NCBI GenBank assembly: GCA_918797485.1
Contig: CAKKNE010000004.1
Location: forward strand, 4,340,001 to 4,404,000
Direction: 5' to 3'
Origin: Pelagomonas calceolata
Lineage: Eukaryota
Length of the DNA stretch: 64,000 bases
This document shows, piece after piece, positions 11,173 through 22,238 of this stretch. Under the pieces are notes generated by a model. That model worked only from the letters and a program-made list of their open reading frames with translations, ran no database searches and was not told where the DNA came from. Numbering within the stretch: position 1 is the first letter of the stretch; each line of letters begins with the position of its first letter. The position numbers were made by a program, and so were the translations under genes.

Positions 11173-11623
11173 TCACGACATGAAGACGTCCTTGAGGATG
11201 CCCGTCACCTCGGCTGTGCGGAGATAAACCAGTGAGTCCCACGCCATCGAGCCGACGCATTCACGGGGCCAACATCGCGTCGATGGCGTGTAGCGCGTTG
11301 CAATTGATTTCTACGCAGCGCGCGACCGTCGTCCTTGTACTTCATCGCTGCGGAGACGCCGTTGTTCTTCACGTCCATGAAGGCCCCTTGGATCTTCTTG
11401 TTCGTCGCCGCGGCCTTGAGCTTGGCCATGAGGTCGCTGTTGCCCGCGGCGCCGGCCTTGTCGGCCTCGGCGTTGATCGCGGCCTGCGTGACAATCGATC
11501 AGCGTCGGGTCTGCTGTCGTCTGTGATTATCGACACGGCCGGCACCTCGGCCTCGGCCGGGTCGTGGGGCGGCGCCTCGCCGCCGCCCATCGCCTCCTTC
11601 GCCGCGCCCATGAGACCTTCCAT
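11173..11623 (-). CDS. Small STI1-domain-like protein (91 aa); introns 11484..11545 and 11214..11326
   Basis: Exons of 78+157+41 nt give an open frame ending NKKIQGAFMDVKNNGVSAAMKYKDDAEVTGILKDVFMS*, resembling the STI1/DP motif. Confidence 0.65.
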
Positions 11624-11943
11624 CGTTGATGAATTTAGCCTGCGCGGGATGCGCGTTCTGTTCGCGTGCAGCCGCGGCCGACAGTTTCACGCGCGCTGTC
11701 CTCGGTCGCCTCAGTTACTGGCCACTCTCATTGGTTTTGCAAGTTTTTGGCTCACGATCGCGCCACGGTTCGCGTTACGACGCATGCGTCAAAAGTAGGT
11801 TAGTTCGGCCCATTGGCGACAGTCAATTGTGGACGCGGCTTTGTACGCTCGATTTTTGGCCCAGCAAAGGTGAATGGACAGGAACGACGCGCGCGCGGGT
11901 TGCGCAAACGTGCAGACGGTTTCCATAAAACAAGAACTTACTA

Positions 11944-14859
11944 CTAATCGGGCGCGGAAGAAGACTCCCCTCGGATCGGGATGAGGCGGCCGGCAGCGGC
12001 GGCTTCCGCGAGCCGGACCGCCTGGGCTAAGGAGATTCCGAGCACCATCTTGGCCTCGTCTGCGGATGCGACGGGCGGCGTACCGGGCGCGGCGGCGGCC
12101 GAGACAAGGCGCTCGAGGTGCAATGGAGCCGCGGGTCTCCGTTCACCGTCTGACAATTGGCCACAGTGGCGCTTGAAATTCCTCATGAGTTCGCTACAAT
12201 CGATACCCAATGGCCACCGTGCTTCAGGGCAGAGGGCGCACCTCACATGATTTCCAGAGACCTCGAACTGTCGCCGCTCCGTGCCGTCCGCACACGTATA
12301 GCAGTTCCTGAAGTCGTTACCGCCGTGGCTAAATCGAATCACGCCGTCGATGCGAGCTTGTACGTAGTCCTTCCGCGAGATTGGGCGAGTGCAGCGCGCT
12401 GCCTCCTCGTCCGTGAGCGTCGCTCGCGCGAGCTGAGGGGATCTTATTAGCACTATGGAGCCGCTCGTCGTCGCAACTTCCTTCCAGGACTGCCGGCAAT
12501 CGACAATAACTCCGCGGACCGTAGCATCATCAACAACCTCTACCTGAGCGCCGACGCCAAACTGGCCGGACCGCGTCGCTCCGCCAACCAAAGCAGGCGC
12601 CTCAGCCATCAGCTCCGTTGTTTCGCCCTCGCAACCGTCGCCGTCGGACGCATCACTATCACTACCGCCGTCTTCGTCGCTCATAGTACTCGCCACGACG
12701 CGCTGTCCTTTCTTGCAGTTCGGACACGGCACTCGCACGCCGCGCCGCGTCGCGACGTTGTGCGGCCGCTCAGCGCATTCCCGCGCCCAGCCTTCGATGC
12801 ACTCGCGATGGAACACGTGCGAGCAGACGTCCGAGCCATATACCGCATCGGCTTCGGCCACGACGGAGAAGCAGATCGTGCACGGTTCGTTGGGGTCCCG
12901 CCGGCGGCGCACCGGCGGCGGGTGCGTGCTTCCAGCTTCCAAGAGCTCGGCCCGCTCTCGCAACCGTAGCACACATGCCTGTTTGCCCTTTCCCGAGCCG
13001 CCAAATTTGGGTTTGTCGAGACAATTTCGACATTTTCCACACATGGGTGTTTCGTAGCGGAACGTGAGCCGACCGCTGGTACCCTTCGATTCCCGGTAGT
13101 CCGGCGCCTCGGTGCGCACGGGGCGCGGCGCCAATTCGTTATCGCTGGAGTCTGGATCGCGATAGTCCGGCGCTGTTCCCTCGGTGCGCGCGCGGCGGCG
13201 CGGCGGCGGCGCGGATTCGTCATCGCTAGAGTCCACGCGTGCGCGGCGCCGCGGCGCAGCAGCGACGAGGCCCTTGCGCACCGCCCAGACCCAGAGGTCG
13301 TCCTTGTCGAGGAAGATGCTTTCCCCTATCTTGCCCGCGTCCCGGGAACGTAGTTGAAACACACCAGAAGTGGCCTGGGGCTCGACGATGTCTGGGGCGC
13401 ACCACATCCAGGTACGCGGGTCGCCCGGGGCAATATACCCCGGCTTCGTCAATACCTTCCAGCCCTTCGCCGTGAGCTGCGCCCACAGTCCACCAAAGTC
13501 CTTCTCCGACACGACCTCCGCCGACCCATGGCCGCGCCGCGGCCGCGATGTCCTCTCCGAAGTCTCGGCGCTGGCCGGCGCTGCGCGCTTTCGCGGCGGA
13601 GGCGCGTCATCGGACTCTTCGTCAGCAGCGCCACCAGGATCCGCCACGGGTGCGTCAAGGAACTGCGCGACGGCGTCGCGAGCCCGCAACCTCAAGGTCT
13701 TCTTTTGCTGGTGGCTAGGATTCACCACGCCGCAGAGTTCGTAGAAGCGCGAGTATACCGAGCCTGCCGCGCCGCCTTGTTGTCTGCTCGCCTCGCCCGC
13801 CGCAATCAGGCGCTCGACCCGTAAAAACTCCCTCTCGTGCGGCGCGAGACGGCGTTCCTCAGACTCCTCGCCGTCGGACTCCTCGTCAGCAGCATCCGCC
13901 ACGGGCGCGCCAAGGAAGGGATCAATAATCAGGCGGGTTCGTTCTCGCAACGACTTCTTTTGCTCCTTATCAGGATTCACCGCGCCGCAGAGCTCGTAGA
14001 AATGCCGATATATACCGCCGTCCATCGAACTCTTGTGGCTCGCCTTTCCCGCCAGTCTCAAGCGCTCAACCCGCAAAAACTCTTGCTCGTGTGGCGCGAG
14101 ACCGCGCTCGTCGAGGAGCTCCCACCTCCTCTCCGCGAGGTCCTCGTCCCACAGGGAACCGTCCGTGTATGTGATCTCGTAGAGCCGGCTCCCGTCGAAC
14201 GCGTTGACAGATCCAGAGAACCAGGCTCGATCGTGGGGCCACCAAATGCGGATGCGGGACCCGACTAGCGCGTCGCCGCGCGGCGCACCCGCGGGCCAGA
14301 CGTATTGCTCGTCGTCGCTCTCGTCGGCGTCCGCCGGAGCCGGAGCCGGCGCCGCGACAGAGTCCTCGTCGGCCGGCTCCCCAGCGTCGCTCTCGTCTTC
14401 GTCCGCCGGAGCAGGCGCCGCGACACAATTCTCGTCGGCGTCAGGAGCGGAGCGCTTCGCCGGCGTGACTCGCGAAGACGCAGACAGGAGGTAGCCGTCC
14501 GGCGACCGCCGGAACGCGGCGAGACTCGCGTGGTTCTCGACGATCGTGTCGCGGAGCAAGTCGCTGAAGCCTACCAATGCAGCCAAATCGGCCGCGGACC
14601 AGCTGCACTCGCGCGGCGGTGATAGTCTGGCATCGATCGTCTGCTCGACCTCGAGAACGTCCTCTACGGAATCCAATTCATCGAGTAACGCGCCGTCGAC
14701 GGAGAATGCGCAGGCAGATCCAATGATGCCCTGCCTGCGCGCGCGTGCCAAGACCTCGGTCTGCAACTCGCCGACGGTCGTCTCCGGCGCCGCGGGCACG
14801 AGCAGGACGAGCTCTTGGTCGCCCAGCAGGACGCGGATTCTATATTTTAGCTTCGCCAT
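11944..14859 (-). CDS. Multidomain chromatin-type protein: ubiquitin-like N-terminus, Tudor, two helical repeats, partial zf-CXXC, RING finger, unrecognised C-terminal domain
   Basis: LVGSRIRIWWPHDRAWFSG (Tudor); CGKCRNCLDKPKFGGSGKGKQAC (CXXC KFGG motif); CTIC..CSHVFHREC..CPNC (RING-H2); 971-aa ORF. Confidence 0.8.
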   Translation of the reverse strand: MAKLKYRIRVLLGDQELVLLVPAAPETTVGELQTEVLARARRQGIIGSACAFSVDGALLDELDSVEDVLEVEQTIDARLSPPRECSWSAADLAALVGFSDLLRDTIVENHASLAAFRRSPDGYLLSASSRVTPAKRSAPDADENCVAAPAPADEDESDAGEPADEDSVAAPAPAPADADESDDEQYVWPAGAPRGDALVGSRIRIWWPHDRAWFSGSVNAFDGSRLYEITYTDGSLWDEDLAERRWELLDERGLAPHEQEFLRVERLRLAGKASHKSSMDGGIYRHFYELCGAVNPDKEQKKSLRERTRLIIDPFLGAPVADAADEESDGEESEERRLAPHEREFLRVERLIAAGEASRQQGGAAGSVYSRFYELCGVVNPSHQQKKTLRLRARDAVAQFLDAPVADPGGAADEESDDAPPPRKRAAPASAETSERTSRPRRGHGSAEVVSEKDFGGLWAQLTAKGWKVLTKPGYIAPGDPRTWMWCAPDIVEPQATSGVFQLRSRDAGKIGESIFLDKDDLWVWAVRKGLVAAAPRRRARVDSSDDESAPPPRRRARTEGTAPDYRDPDSSDNELAPRPVRTEAPDYRESKGTSGRLTFRYETPMCGKCRNCLDKPKFGGSGKGKQACVLRLRERAELLEAGSTHPPPVRRRRDPNEPCTICFSVVAEADAVYGSDVCSHVFHRECIEGWARECAERPHNVATRRGVRVPCPNCKKGQRVVASTMSDEDGGSDSDASDGDGCEGETTELMAEAPALVGGATRSGQFGVGAQVEVVDDATVRGVIVDCRQSWKEVATTSGSIVLIRSPQLARATLTDEEAARCTRPISRKDYVQARIDGVIRFSHGGNDFRNCYTCADGTERRQFEVSGNHVRCALCPEARWPLGIDCSELMRNFKRHCGQLSDGERRPAAPLHLERLVSAAAAPGTPPVASADEAKMVLGISLAQAVRLAEAAAAGRLIPIRGESSSAPD

Positions 14860-15370
14860 GCTGTGTCAACACGTGTCCCGTTTGTCTTCGTCTGTGCGAT
14901 TGCGGCCAGAGGCTGGCCCAGGCTGCCTGGCTGCCGGCTCTGTGCTGTGGGGCTGGTCGTTTGCAGCCCGCGCGGATCAATGGCTGCTGTAGCGCGTAAT
15001 CGTGCGACACCAAGCGTCGGAAAGCTGCCCGAGTGCCGCGTCCGCGCCAAAAAGCACGGAGTGCAGAGGATGGTCTCCAAAGCTAGTAGCCAGTGTCGGG
15101 TTTCCGAATCGCAAGATTCGCAGGAAACCAGGGCTCCTACCGGCTCGCGCACGAATACAAACACACAGGACGCCCTCCGGCCCTCCGGCCCAAACACACA
15201 GGAAGACGACGGGGAGTCGAGCAGACGCGCGCGCCGTAATATTTGCGGGACGGCGCTGCAGCGGCCGGCGGCGAACGCGACGACGGCGTCGCCTTAGAAA
15301 CGTTGCGCGAGCGGTCTTTGCGAAGGGGCAGCCGCTACTCCTTAGGCGCATTCCCTCTGGTCGCGCGACC

Positions 15371-16051
15371 ATGGCGGCGGCGCGGCCTTTTGATTTGCAG
15401 ATCAAGCTGCTGATGATCGGCGACAGCGCCGTCGGCAAGACCTCGCTGCTGCTGCGCTACGCGAACGACACGTTCAGTTCGACGTTCATCACGACGATCG
15501 GCATCGATTTCAAGATCAAGACCGTGGATCTGGACGGGCGGCGGGTGAAGCTGCAGATCTGGGACACGGCGGGCCAGGAGCAGTTCCGGACCATCACGCG
15601 GTCCTATTTTCGGGGCGCGCAGGGCATCGTGCTCGTCTACGACATCACGGACCGGGGGACGTTTAATTCGGTAAGGAGCTGGATGGCGCAGATCGCGGAC
15701 CACGCGGACGCGCAAGTCAATCGGGTGCTCGTGGCGAACAAGAGCGACAACGAGGCCGAGCGGCGCGTCTCGAGCGCGGAGGGCGCCGCGCTCGCGGCCG
15801 AGTACGAGGTCAAGTTCCTGGAGACGTCCGCGGCCGCGTGGGAATTTGTTCGTCGCTCGGGGTCGGCTCGACGGCGTGACTGACGGTGGCCACACAGGTC
15901 CGCGAAGCACGACATCAACGTGTCGGAGACGTTCACGGCTATTGCTCGGGAAGTCGTCGCGAGGATTCCGGCCGAGGGCGCGGCGTCGACGCGAGGCGCG
16001 ACACGGCTCTCGGGGACGAGCGGCAAAAAGAAGTCGTCCTGCTGCGGCTAG
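15371..16051 (+). CDS. RAB8: Rab GTPase, Rab8/RabE subfamily; intron 15826..15897
   Basis: [36 protein letters not shown] is restored by splicing; C-terminal SSCCG prenylation motif. Confidence 0.92.
15826..15897 (+). mobile_element. Introner-like intron with 7-bp target-site duplication GTCCGCG
   Basis: GTCCGCG begins the intron (15826) and recurs immediately after the acceptor cacacAG (15898). Confidence 0.6.
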
Positions 16052-16114
16052 AACTAGCGAGGGGCGGACTCTGCCGCCGCCCGTATATAATTTTCTCGAC
16101 AAAACTTAGTAGTC

Positions 16115-17700
16115 CTAGGTGCCCCGCGCGAAGGGCACGTTGGGGAACGCCGAGTCTTCATCCAACGAAGTCGCGTTCGTCGCCTGGACCCGGGACCGGT
16201 CCAGGACGAGCAGCTGGCGCTGGTCCTTGCCGCCCGACTGCGGCATCAAAGGCGTCACACTTAACCCGCGCTCCACGAGCAGCTGGACGATGTCCTGGTC
16301 GTGCGTCCGCTCCGAGACAAATAGGCACTTGACCAGACCCTTGACCAGCAAATGCTGCAATAAATCCGCGGTCCTGGGCGTCGTGCAGTAGATAAATAAA
16401 TAAGAAATGACCAAGATGTCGATGGGACCCTGGCAGGCTTGCACCACATCTCTAGGTGTTATTTTTGACACGTCAAAGGGTGCGACGAAATGACACCCTA
16501 ACGCTTCGGCGTAGGGCCGCCAGCCCGGCTGCAGGTCTAGCGAGTAGAACGCGAACTCTACACTGTCGTTTTTCGCTCTGCAGAACTCGCGGACCGCGTC
16601 GAGCTCGAACGCGGGGCCGCCGCCCAGCGACGCGCATCTCAACCGAGACGAGGTGCAGAGAAGTTGTTGAACGCCGGCGTCGGCGTCGCAGGCCCGCGCA
16701 CACAGGTTGTACGTCTCCGTGAAGCGCTGCCTGCGTTGCGAGTGCGTCCGGCTAAGCGGCGTTGCCATCGATGCTCTCGCTCCGCTCTACGCCGTCGACG
16801 CGACGACGCTCCCATTTCTAAGTACGTCGCGGCGACGGCGTACGGACAGCGCCCACCTCACGCCATCGAGGCGACGGAAACGGACGCTGTGTAATGCAGT
16901 GATTTCAATTTGAGATACTGCGTCTGCAACCCCACGTGGGCGTACTCGCCGTCGGACCAGGTCACGTTCTTGCCTTCGGCCTCGGAGCCGAACTTGCGTA
17001 AGGACGGCTTCTCGCCGTAGATGCGCCGACCTTCCTCGACAATTGCGGCGGCCTTCGGACCGAGCTTCTTCAGTTCCTCCTCGTTCTTTTTCAGGACCAG
17101 AGCCGTCCTAGCTAGCAAGCCACTCAACAACAGCAGCCCTTTTTCTCCACAAAAGAACTCGTACCGTCGTCGCGCGTCCTGGAAGAAGACTGCGCCACCT
17201 TTATCATCCCTAAACACCATGGCTTCGCTATGGTCGCGCCGCGCCGTCTTCTTGTTCCAGAGCGGCAATTGTGCAGAGAAGGCTTTCCTCGCATTGTCAT
17301 CGACGACGTCAAATGAAGGAAAGGCCCCGAAGCCCACGTCGCTCTCGTCGTCCCGCGGTCTCTTCTGCGAAGCATTCTCGTCGAAGAAGCAGGCGATCTC
17401 CAGGGTCTCGGAAGGCAGGAGCGCGACGACCATACTATCCAACTGTGCTATGGCCGCCTTCTTCCGCCCTCGGAGAAACCCGACAAATTTAGAAACGCCC
17501 TCCTTCGTCTCCTGGAGCGACGCTTTTCGTGCGGCCCAGGCCGGGTGCTTCGGGTCTTGCGTGCCGTCTAGCACGGTCGGCTCGCGCGTGTAGTCCGTAA
17601 AGACTAGGGAAGGTGGTAACGGTGCCGTTTCACATGAGACCGTTCCCACATATTCCGTGCCCTTGTCGTTCCTCACGAAGATCTCCGTGCCCTCGGCCAT
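16115..17700 (-). CDS. Hypothetical protein with SAM-dependent methyltransferase-like C-terminal domain; intron 16731..16885 (GT) or 16731..16897 (GC)
   Basis: Both donor options join the two ORFs in frame; CASLGGGPAFE glycine-rich motif followed by FYSLD and DILVISY. Confidence 0.65.
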
Positions 17701-18177
17701 CGTCTCGCTGCTTGGTGCTCTCTGTTGTGTTGTGCGTGGCGGCGTCTGCGACGGCGTCTGCTTGCGCAGCGATGCGTGCGTATTACGGTGTGTCAGCGAT
17801 GATAATTCAGCGTGCACAGAAGTAACCGCACAGCAGCAGGGCCGTGCCGCAGCTGCTTTGCCTCCCAGCATAGCATGCTAGTGCCTCACAGGACGCTAGC
17901 AGCGAGCCCGGCCGGAGGCCTCACCGCAGGTTTCTTGCGCCTTATCATGCATAGCCGGGAAGGATGGAAGGTAAAAAGAGGTGGGCTTTTTTTCCAGCCA
18001 ACTCGATAGGCTGGCGTGTTTTTTGACTGCCGAAACAGACGTCTCTCCGGACTATTTTGCAACACGGTAACTTGTCGCAGCAGCTGCATCGACTGCTTTC
18101 GACGTACCGCAAAACGCTGCTCTCGACGCCGTAGCAGCGCCGCACACAGCATTGCCAACAACAGGGGGGCTACAACA

Positions 18178-18516
18178 ATGCTCAGGTGGCTCGTCGTCTC
18201 ACTTCTTGCTGGCGCGAGCGCTTTCGCACCGGCGCGGACCGCGCCCTTGCAAGCACAAAGGAGGCAGCGGCCACAGGTCGCCCAGACCATCCGCATGGCC
18301 TCGATGGCCAAGTTCGGCGTCTTCTCGCCGGCGGTCTACGCGGGCCGCATCATCTTGGGAGACAAGCGTCTCGAGAAGGTGAGGGGCCAGGGCATTTCGT
18401 TGCACTCCCAGGCGATCACGGAGTTCTGCGTTTTTGTCGGGGCGACGCCGAAGATGCGCGGCCTGCTCATCAAAAAAGCCAAAACGAACGGCGACACGCT
18501 GGGCTTCTTGGTCTGA
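18178..18516 (+). CDS. PGR5: Proton gradient regulation 5, plastid-targeted
   Basis: GVFSPAV..RGQGISLHSQAITEFC..LIKKAKTNGDTLGFL matches PGR5; signal peptide followed by ASAFAP. Confidence 0.93.
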   Translation: MLRWLVVSLLAGASAFAPARTAPLQAQRRQRPQVAQTIRMASMAKFGVFSPAVYAGRIILGDKRLEKVRGQGISLHSQAITEFCVFVGATPKMRGLLIKKAKTNGDTLGFLV

Positions 18517-18601
18517 GAGGCGTTGGCGCGTCTCAGACGCACTTCTGTGTATAAATTTAAATAATTCGGAACTGAGGAGTAGTAGAACAACAGTGATTAC
18601 T

Positions 18602-19666
18602 TCAGGGTAGCCGCGTCAGGACCACGTCCTTCACCACATCCCGCCCGCGGCCCTTGCGGAGCGACCTGATGAGGGCGGTCTGCTTGGACTTGTTGTCGCC
18701 CGTCATCGTGCCTACCCAAACGTCGGCGTTCGCGCAAATCAGCAGATCCACCAAGTACGCCGAGAGAGAATCGGACGGTATCGCGTGCCGCTCCAGATGG
18801 GCGCGGTCGGCCAGGCGGAAGCCCCGCTTCGAGACCTCGTTCAAAGTCGCGGGCGACCGGTCGTCCGTCGCGACGATTACGGACCGGCCCCGCGCGATCA
18901 GTGAGACTCTATCTAAAACAGCCGGCACGGTCAACCCGTACTTCTCCATCGTGTGCTTCTTGTCGCCTCTCCGTAAATGCAAAGCCACGTAGCTGGACCC
19001 AACTAAATCCGCCGCGACGTTCAGAGCGCCCGCTTCATAGATATCGGAGAGCACGACGGACGCCCTTAATAATTTCCAGGCGTCGCCGTCCTTCAACTGG
19101 ACGCCGGGCGTGAAGCCCGCCGAGTAAATACAAAGAGCGCACTCGCGCGGCCACCGAACTTCCCCGTAGTACGCGGCGCAGCGCGGCCGCCTTGTCCGTA
19201 GCACCTTTTCACGGTCGCACCAGGCGTAGTCCCAACCTCTAGCGCACCTTACATGTGGCGGGGGTGTCATCGCGCACGACACGCACTTCGCGCTCCGAGG
19301 CATTTTACGATACACATCATCAAAATGCGCGAATCGTACGGGAGCGTGCGCGAGCGTGGCGCTGATATTTATGTAGGCATCAATTCTTTGGGTTGGCGGC
19401 AGGCGCCGTAACGCCACGTCTCGTCGGTAGTGCGGCCCCGTAAAAAGTAAAGGCATGAGCACGGCGGTCCTTTTTAACCGTCTTGCCAAAGTTAATACAG
19501 ACAGCAAACTGTTGAGCTGCAGCGCGAAGCCCTCCTGCGTCGGGACGGCCCAGACGTACTTTTCTTCTTGACCGGCGGCGCACACGTCTTCATTGGGCTG
19601 CTTGGGGTCCGCGGGCTCCTGCCACTCCGCCTCTCTCTCTGTTCCGTCGGCGTCGAGCCAGCGCAT
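18602..19666 (-). CDS. O-fucosyltransferase-like protein
   Basis: EGFALQL..RTAVLMP, YVALHLRRGD, IVATD, VDLLICANADVWVGT motifs; start codon uncertain. Confidence 0.7.
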   Translation of the reverse strand: MRWLDADGTEREAEWQEPADPKQPNEDVCAAGQEEKYVWAVPTQEGFALQLNSLLSVLTLARRLKRTAVLMPLLFTGPHYRRDVALRRLPPTQRIDAYINISATLAHAPVRFAHFDDVYRKMPRSAKCVSCAMTPPPHVRCARGWDYAWCDREKVLRTRRPRCAAYYGEVRWPRECALCIYSAGFTPGVQLKDGDAWKLLRASVVLSDIYEAGALNVAADLVGSSYVALHLRRGDKKHTMEKYGLTVPAVLDRVSLIARGRSVIVATDDRSPATLNEVSKRGFRLADRAHLERHAIPSDSLSAYLVDLLICANADVWVGTMTGDNKSKQTALIRSLRKGRGRDVVKDVVLTRLP

Positions 19667-19920
19667 CGCTCGGCGCTGCGGTGCAGTAGGTAGCAAGCGG
19701 TGGTTTGGAACAGGGCAGCGCTTCCCGCACGCCAGTCGCTCGGCGGCGATCGCTTATCGCTCCGTCGGCGGCATCCCCATCATTTGCTGCGCCCAGCGAC
19801 TACGCCGTCGGCGTGCCAGCATTTTGTATTTTGGCAGCAGAGCACACAGCCAGGCAGAGGAGGGCTGCCTCCGCCGTGGACACCTAGCTGCTGCCCCACC
19901 GGCCGCGATCGGATACACGG

Positions 19921-20646
19921 ATGGAACCAATATATACAAAACATGTGACCACGCTGCCCGACCAGGGCGGCGAGGGCACGTCGCGGCTCCTGCGGCACCT
20001 CGACCCGGCGGCGCCCGCGCCCGACGCCCTCGACGCGAGCGAGATCCCGAGCGTGGAGCAGGTGACGGCCTGCCTCGACGACCTGGAAGTGTTGGTTGCG
20101 CGGGAGACGCGGGCGAACCACCGATTGCGAAAGGAGGCGGCGGCGCGCGGCGAACGTATTAGAAGCGGTCTGGCGCGCTTCGGAGAGGACGTTGGCGAGG
20201 AAGTGGCTGCGGCGCGCGTTCCGATCGGCGAGGCATCAAAGGCCTTCGCCGACCACAAACTCGCGGAGGCCGGCGACAATACACTCGCCGGCGAGGATAA
20301 GCTGTTGACCAAAGCCCACCATCGGCTCGAACGACGGCAGTCCCTCCAGACCACCATCGAGGGCATCGTGTCCTGCGCGAAGACCGAGGCGTTGTTACCA
20401 AAAAAGAACGGCAACGGCTGGGCCCTCGCGGTCAAGGACGCCGAGGCCTGGGGCCGCGCGGCGTTGGTGGCGGAGCCCGTGCCCGACGTGGCGGCGATGG
20501 CGCGCGAGAAGCGGAAGGAGCGGCGGCGGAGTAAGGGCGACGCGAAGAGCGACGCGAAACGGGCAGCAGCAATAAAGAAAAAAGATGCCACCAAAAAGCA
20601 CGAGGAGTGGGTCGAATCGAGGCGGGGCCGGTTGGATAAGAAGTAG
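19921..20646 (+). CDS. Hypothetical protein
   Basis: 241-aa ATG-initiated ORF with coding-like codon usage and helical, charged composition. Confidence 0.6.
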   Translation: MEPIYTKHVTTLPDQGGEGTSRLLRHLDPAAPAPDALDASEIPSVEQVTACLDDLEVLVARETRANHRLRKEAAARGERIRSGLARFGEDVGEEVAAARVPIGEASKAFADHKLAEAGDNTLAGEDKLLTKAHHRLERRQSLQTTIEGIVSCAKTEALLPKKNGNGWALAVKDAEAWGRAALVAEPVPDVAAMAREKRKERRRSKGDAKSDAKRAAAIKKKDATKKHEEWVESRRGRLDKK

Positions 20647-20906
20647 ATTGTTTTTTTTTTTGCCCTGCTTTGCTTAGAGCTAGGCTACCTAGCCACCAGC
20701 CCTACTACGGCACGGGGGGCGCGTCTCGTCTCGTCTGCAGCGGCGCAGCGCTCCAACTTGCGAGCGTCGCGGCGATGGCGCGCGGGAGGAGACGTATCTC
20801 CCAACAAAGGTCGAGGGATCGTACGCCATCGATGCGAACGAGTGCCCTCACGCGACAAACGTCAGTCACACACTTGTTACCCACGCGCCAGGAAGGGAGA
20901 GACCAC

Positions 20907-22238
20907 CTATTTCAACGAGTGGTAGTCGCAGTCGGCCCGCGCGAAGCCGACGCGGCGGCGCTCCGCGTCGAAGAAGCAGTCGTGGTCCTCCATGAAGTTC
21001 GCCCCTAATACGGTACCGGACGCCTCCGTGAGGTACACTCGGGGCACCCACCGCCCGGCCCCGGCCTTCTCCATGTAGGCCTTGCCCTCGACGTCGACCT
21101 TGACGCCGCCCGCGAAGACGTAAGTTATCGTAGGAAACTTCGCGGCCTGGGCCGCCGTATATGCCAGTTTAGAATTGGCGTACTTGGGTGAGGGGCCCAT
21201 GGCCGCGTGCCAGGCCCGCTTGAACTGTTCCGCCGCACGGCGAGGGAGATACGTGTCCGTCGTACCGCTATCGACGATGGTACCTTTGCCCGTGTTCCAC
21301 GTACTTTCAGGAACGCCGATGGACTTCCCATTCAAGAGCACATCTTTCAGCTGCACCGTGAACCAGCCCGAATTCTTCGCGAGAGGTACAAATTGCATCG
21401 GCTCCTTGTGGATGCGCGTGTCGACCCCCCCAAGGGCCATGGTCCCGCCGCCCTGCATGAAGCACATGGCAAACGAGTTGTGGCCTAACTTATTGGCGGA
21501 CCGCATCGTCGGCACGAGCGTCTGGGCGTGCATGGACATGCCCATGATCCCATCAGCCTTCTGGGTCCTGAATAACCCTGTTTCATAGGTCTGGCAGCCG
21601 AAGACGAACGGCGTCGCGATCCACTTCTCTCCCGCTCTAGGCGGGGCCGAGGCGTCGTCGCCGCCCACGTAGTAGTTGTCCTTCATCTGGACGGCTTTCC
21701 AGCTCGAGCCTTCCGTATAACTTTGGGACACTTGGCAGGTTTTGGCCACACATCTCGCTGCCGCGACGCACTTGCTGCAGTCCAATCTAACTAACGTAGA
21801 GGATCTACTTGGTTCGAAGTAGGGGTCCGTGTGCTTGCCGCACGACTTGCAGCCGGCGCACGGGAAGGCCGTATGATGAGAACCGGTGTCTACTATTACA
21901 GAGACACGTTGGGCCGGCGTGCCCACGTAGACATGCGCGTAGTGCGTGCCGATGCCCATGAATAACGGGGTGAGGCCGCCTTGGTGCGCGTCGGGGGCCT
22001 GGAGTCTTCTTCTCCTTATGACTGTCGAAATGTTGCGCTTGTGGAGCCGTGTGGAGGAGTGCGCCTTCGGTAAGGGCGCGTCGAGCTCGGCGCCGCTGAA
22101 GTCGAGGACGGGCCAGCCCAGCGTGCTGTTGTAGTTCTCCGGGATGGGCAGGGCTGGCGGGAGGCTCCGGTCTTCGCGCGTCAGGGGTTCGGCCGTGCCG
22201 GCTAGGAGAGCGACAGCGATGGCGGCGCGGACAGCCAT
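20907..22238 (-). CDS. Aspartic protease A1, plasmepsin V/ASP5-like
   Basis: Signal peptide; catalytic IVDTGS and IVDSGTT; AFPCAGCKSCGKHTDPYF insert; VLGANFM; RVGFA. Confidence 0.9.
   Translation of the reverse strand: MAVRAAIAVALLAGTAEPLTREDRSLPPALPIPENYNSTLGWPVLDFSGAELDAPLPKAHSSTRLHKRNISTVIRRRRLQAPDAHQGGLTPLFMGIGTHYAHVYVGTPAQRVSVIVDTGSHHTAFPCAGCKSCGKHTDPYFEPSRSSTLVRLDCSKCVAAARCVAKTCQVSQSYTEGSSWKAVQMKDNYYVGGDDASAPPRAGEKWIATPFVFGCQTYETGLFRTQKADGIMGMSMHAQTLVPTMRSANKLGHNSFAMCFMQGGGTMALGGVDTRIHKEPMQFVPLAKNSGWFTVQLKDVLLNGKSIGVPESTWNTGKGTIVDSGTTDTYLPRRAAEQFKRAWHAAMGPSPKYANSKLAYTAAQAAKFPTITYVFAGGVKVDVEGKAYMEKAGAGRWVPRVYLTEASGTVLGANFMEDHDCFFDAERRRVGFARADCDYHSLK

Noticed and set aside
583..16860. 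In-frame TGA codons (583, 6986, 15881, 16858) as selenocysteine
   Set aside because: Each falls inside an inferred intron; no convincing SECIS seen.
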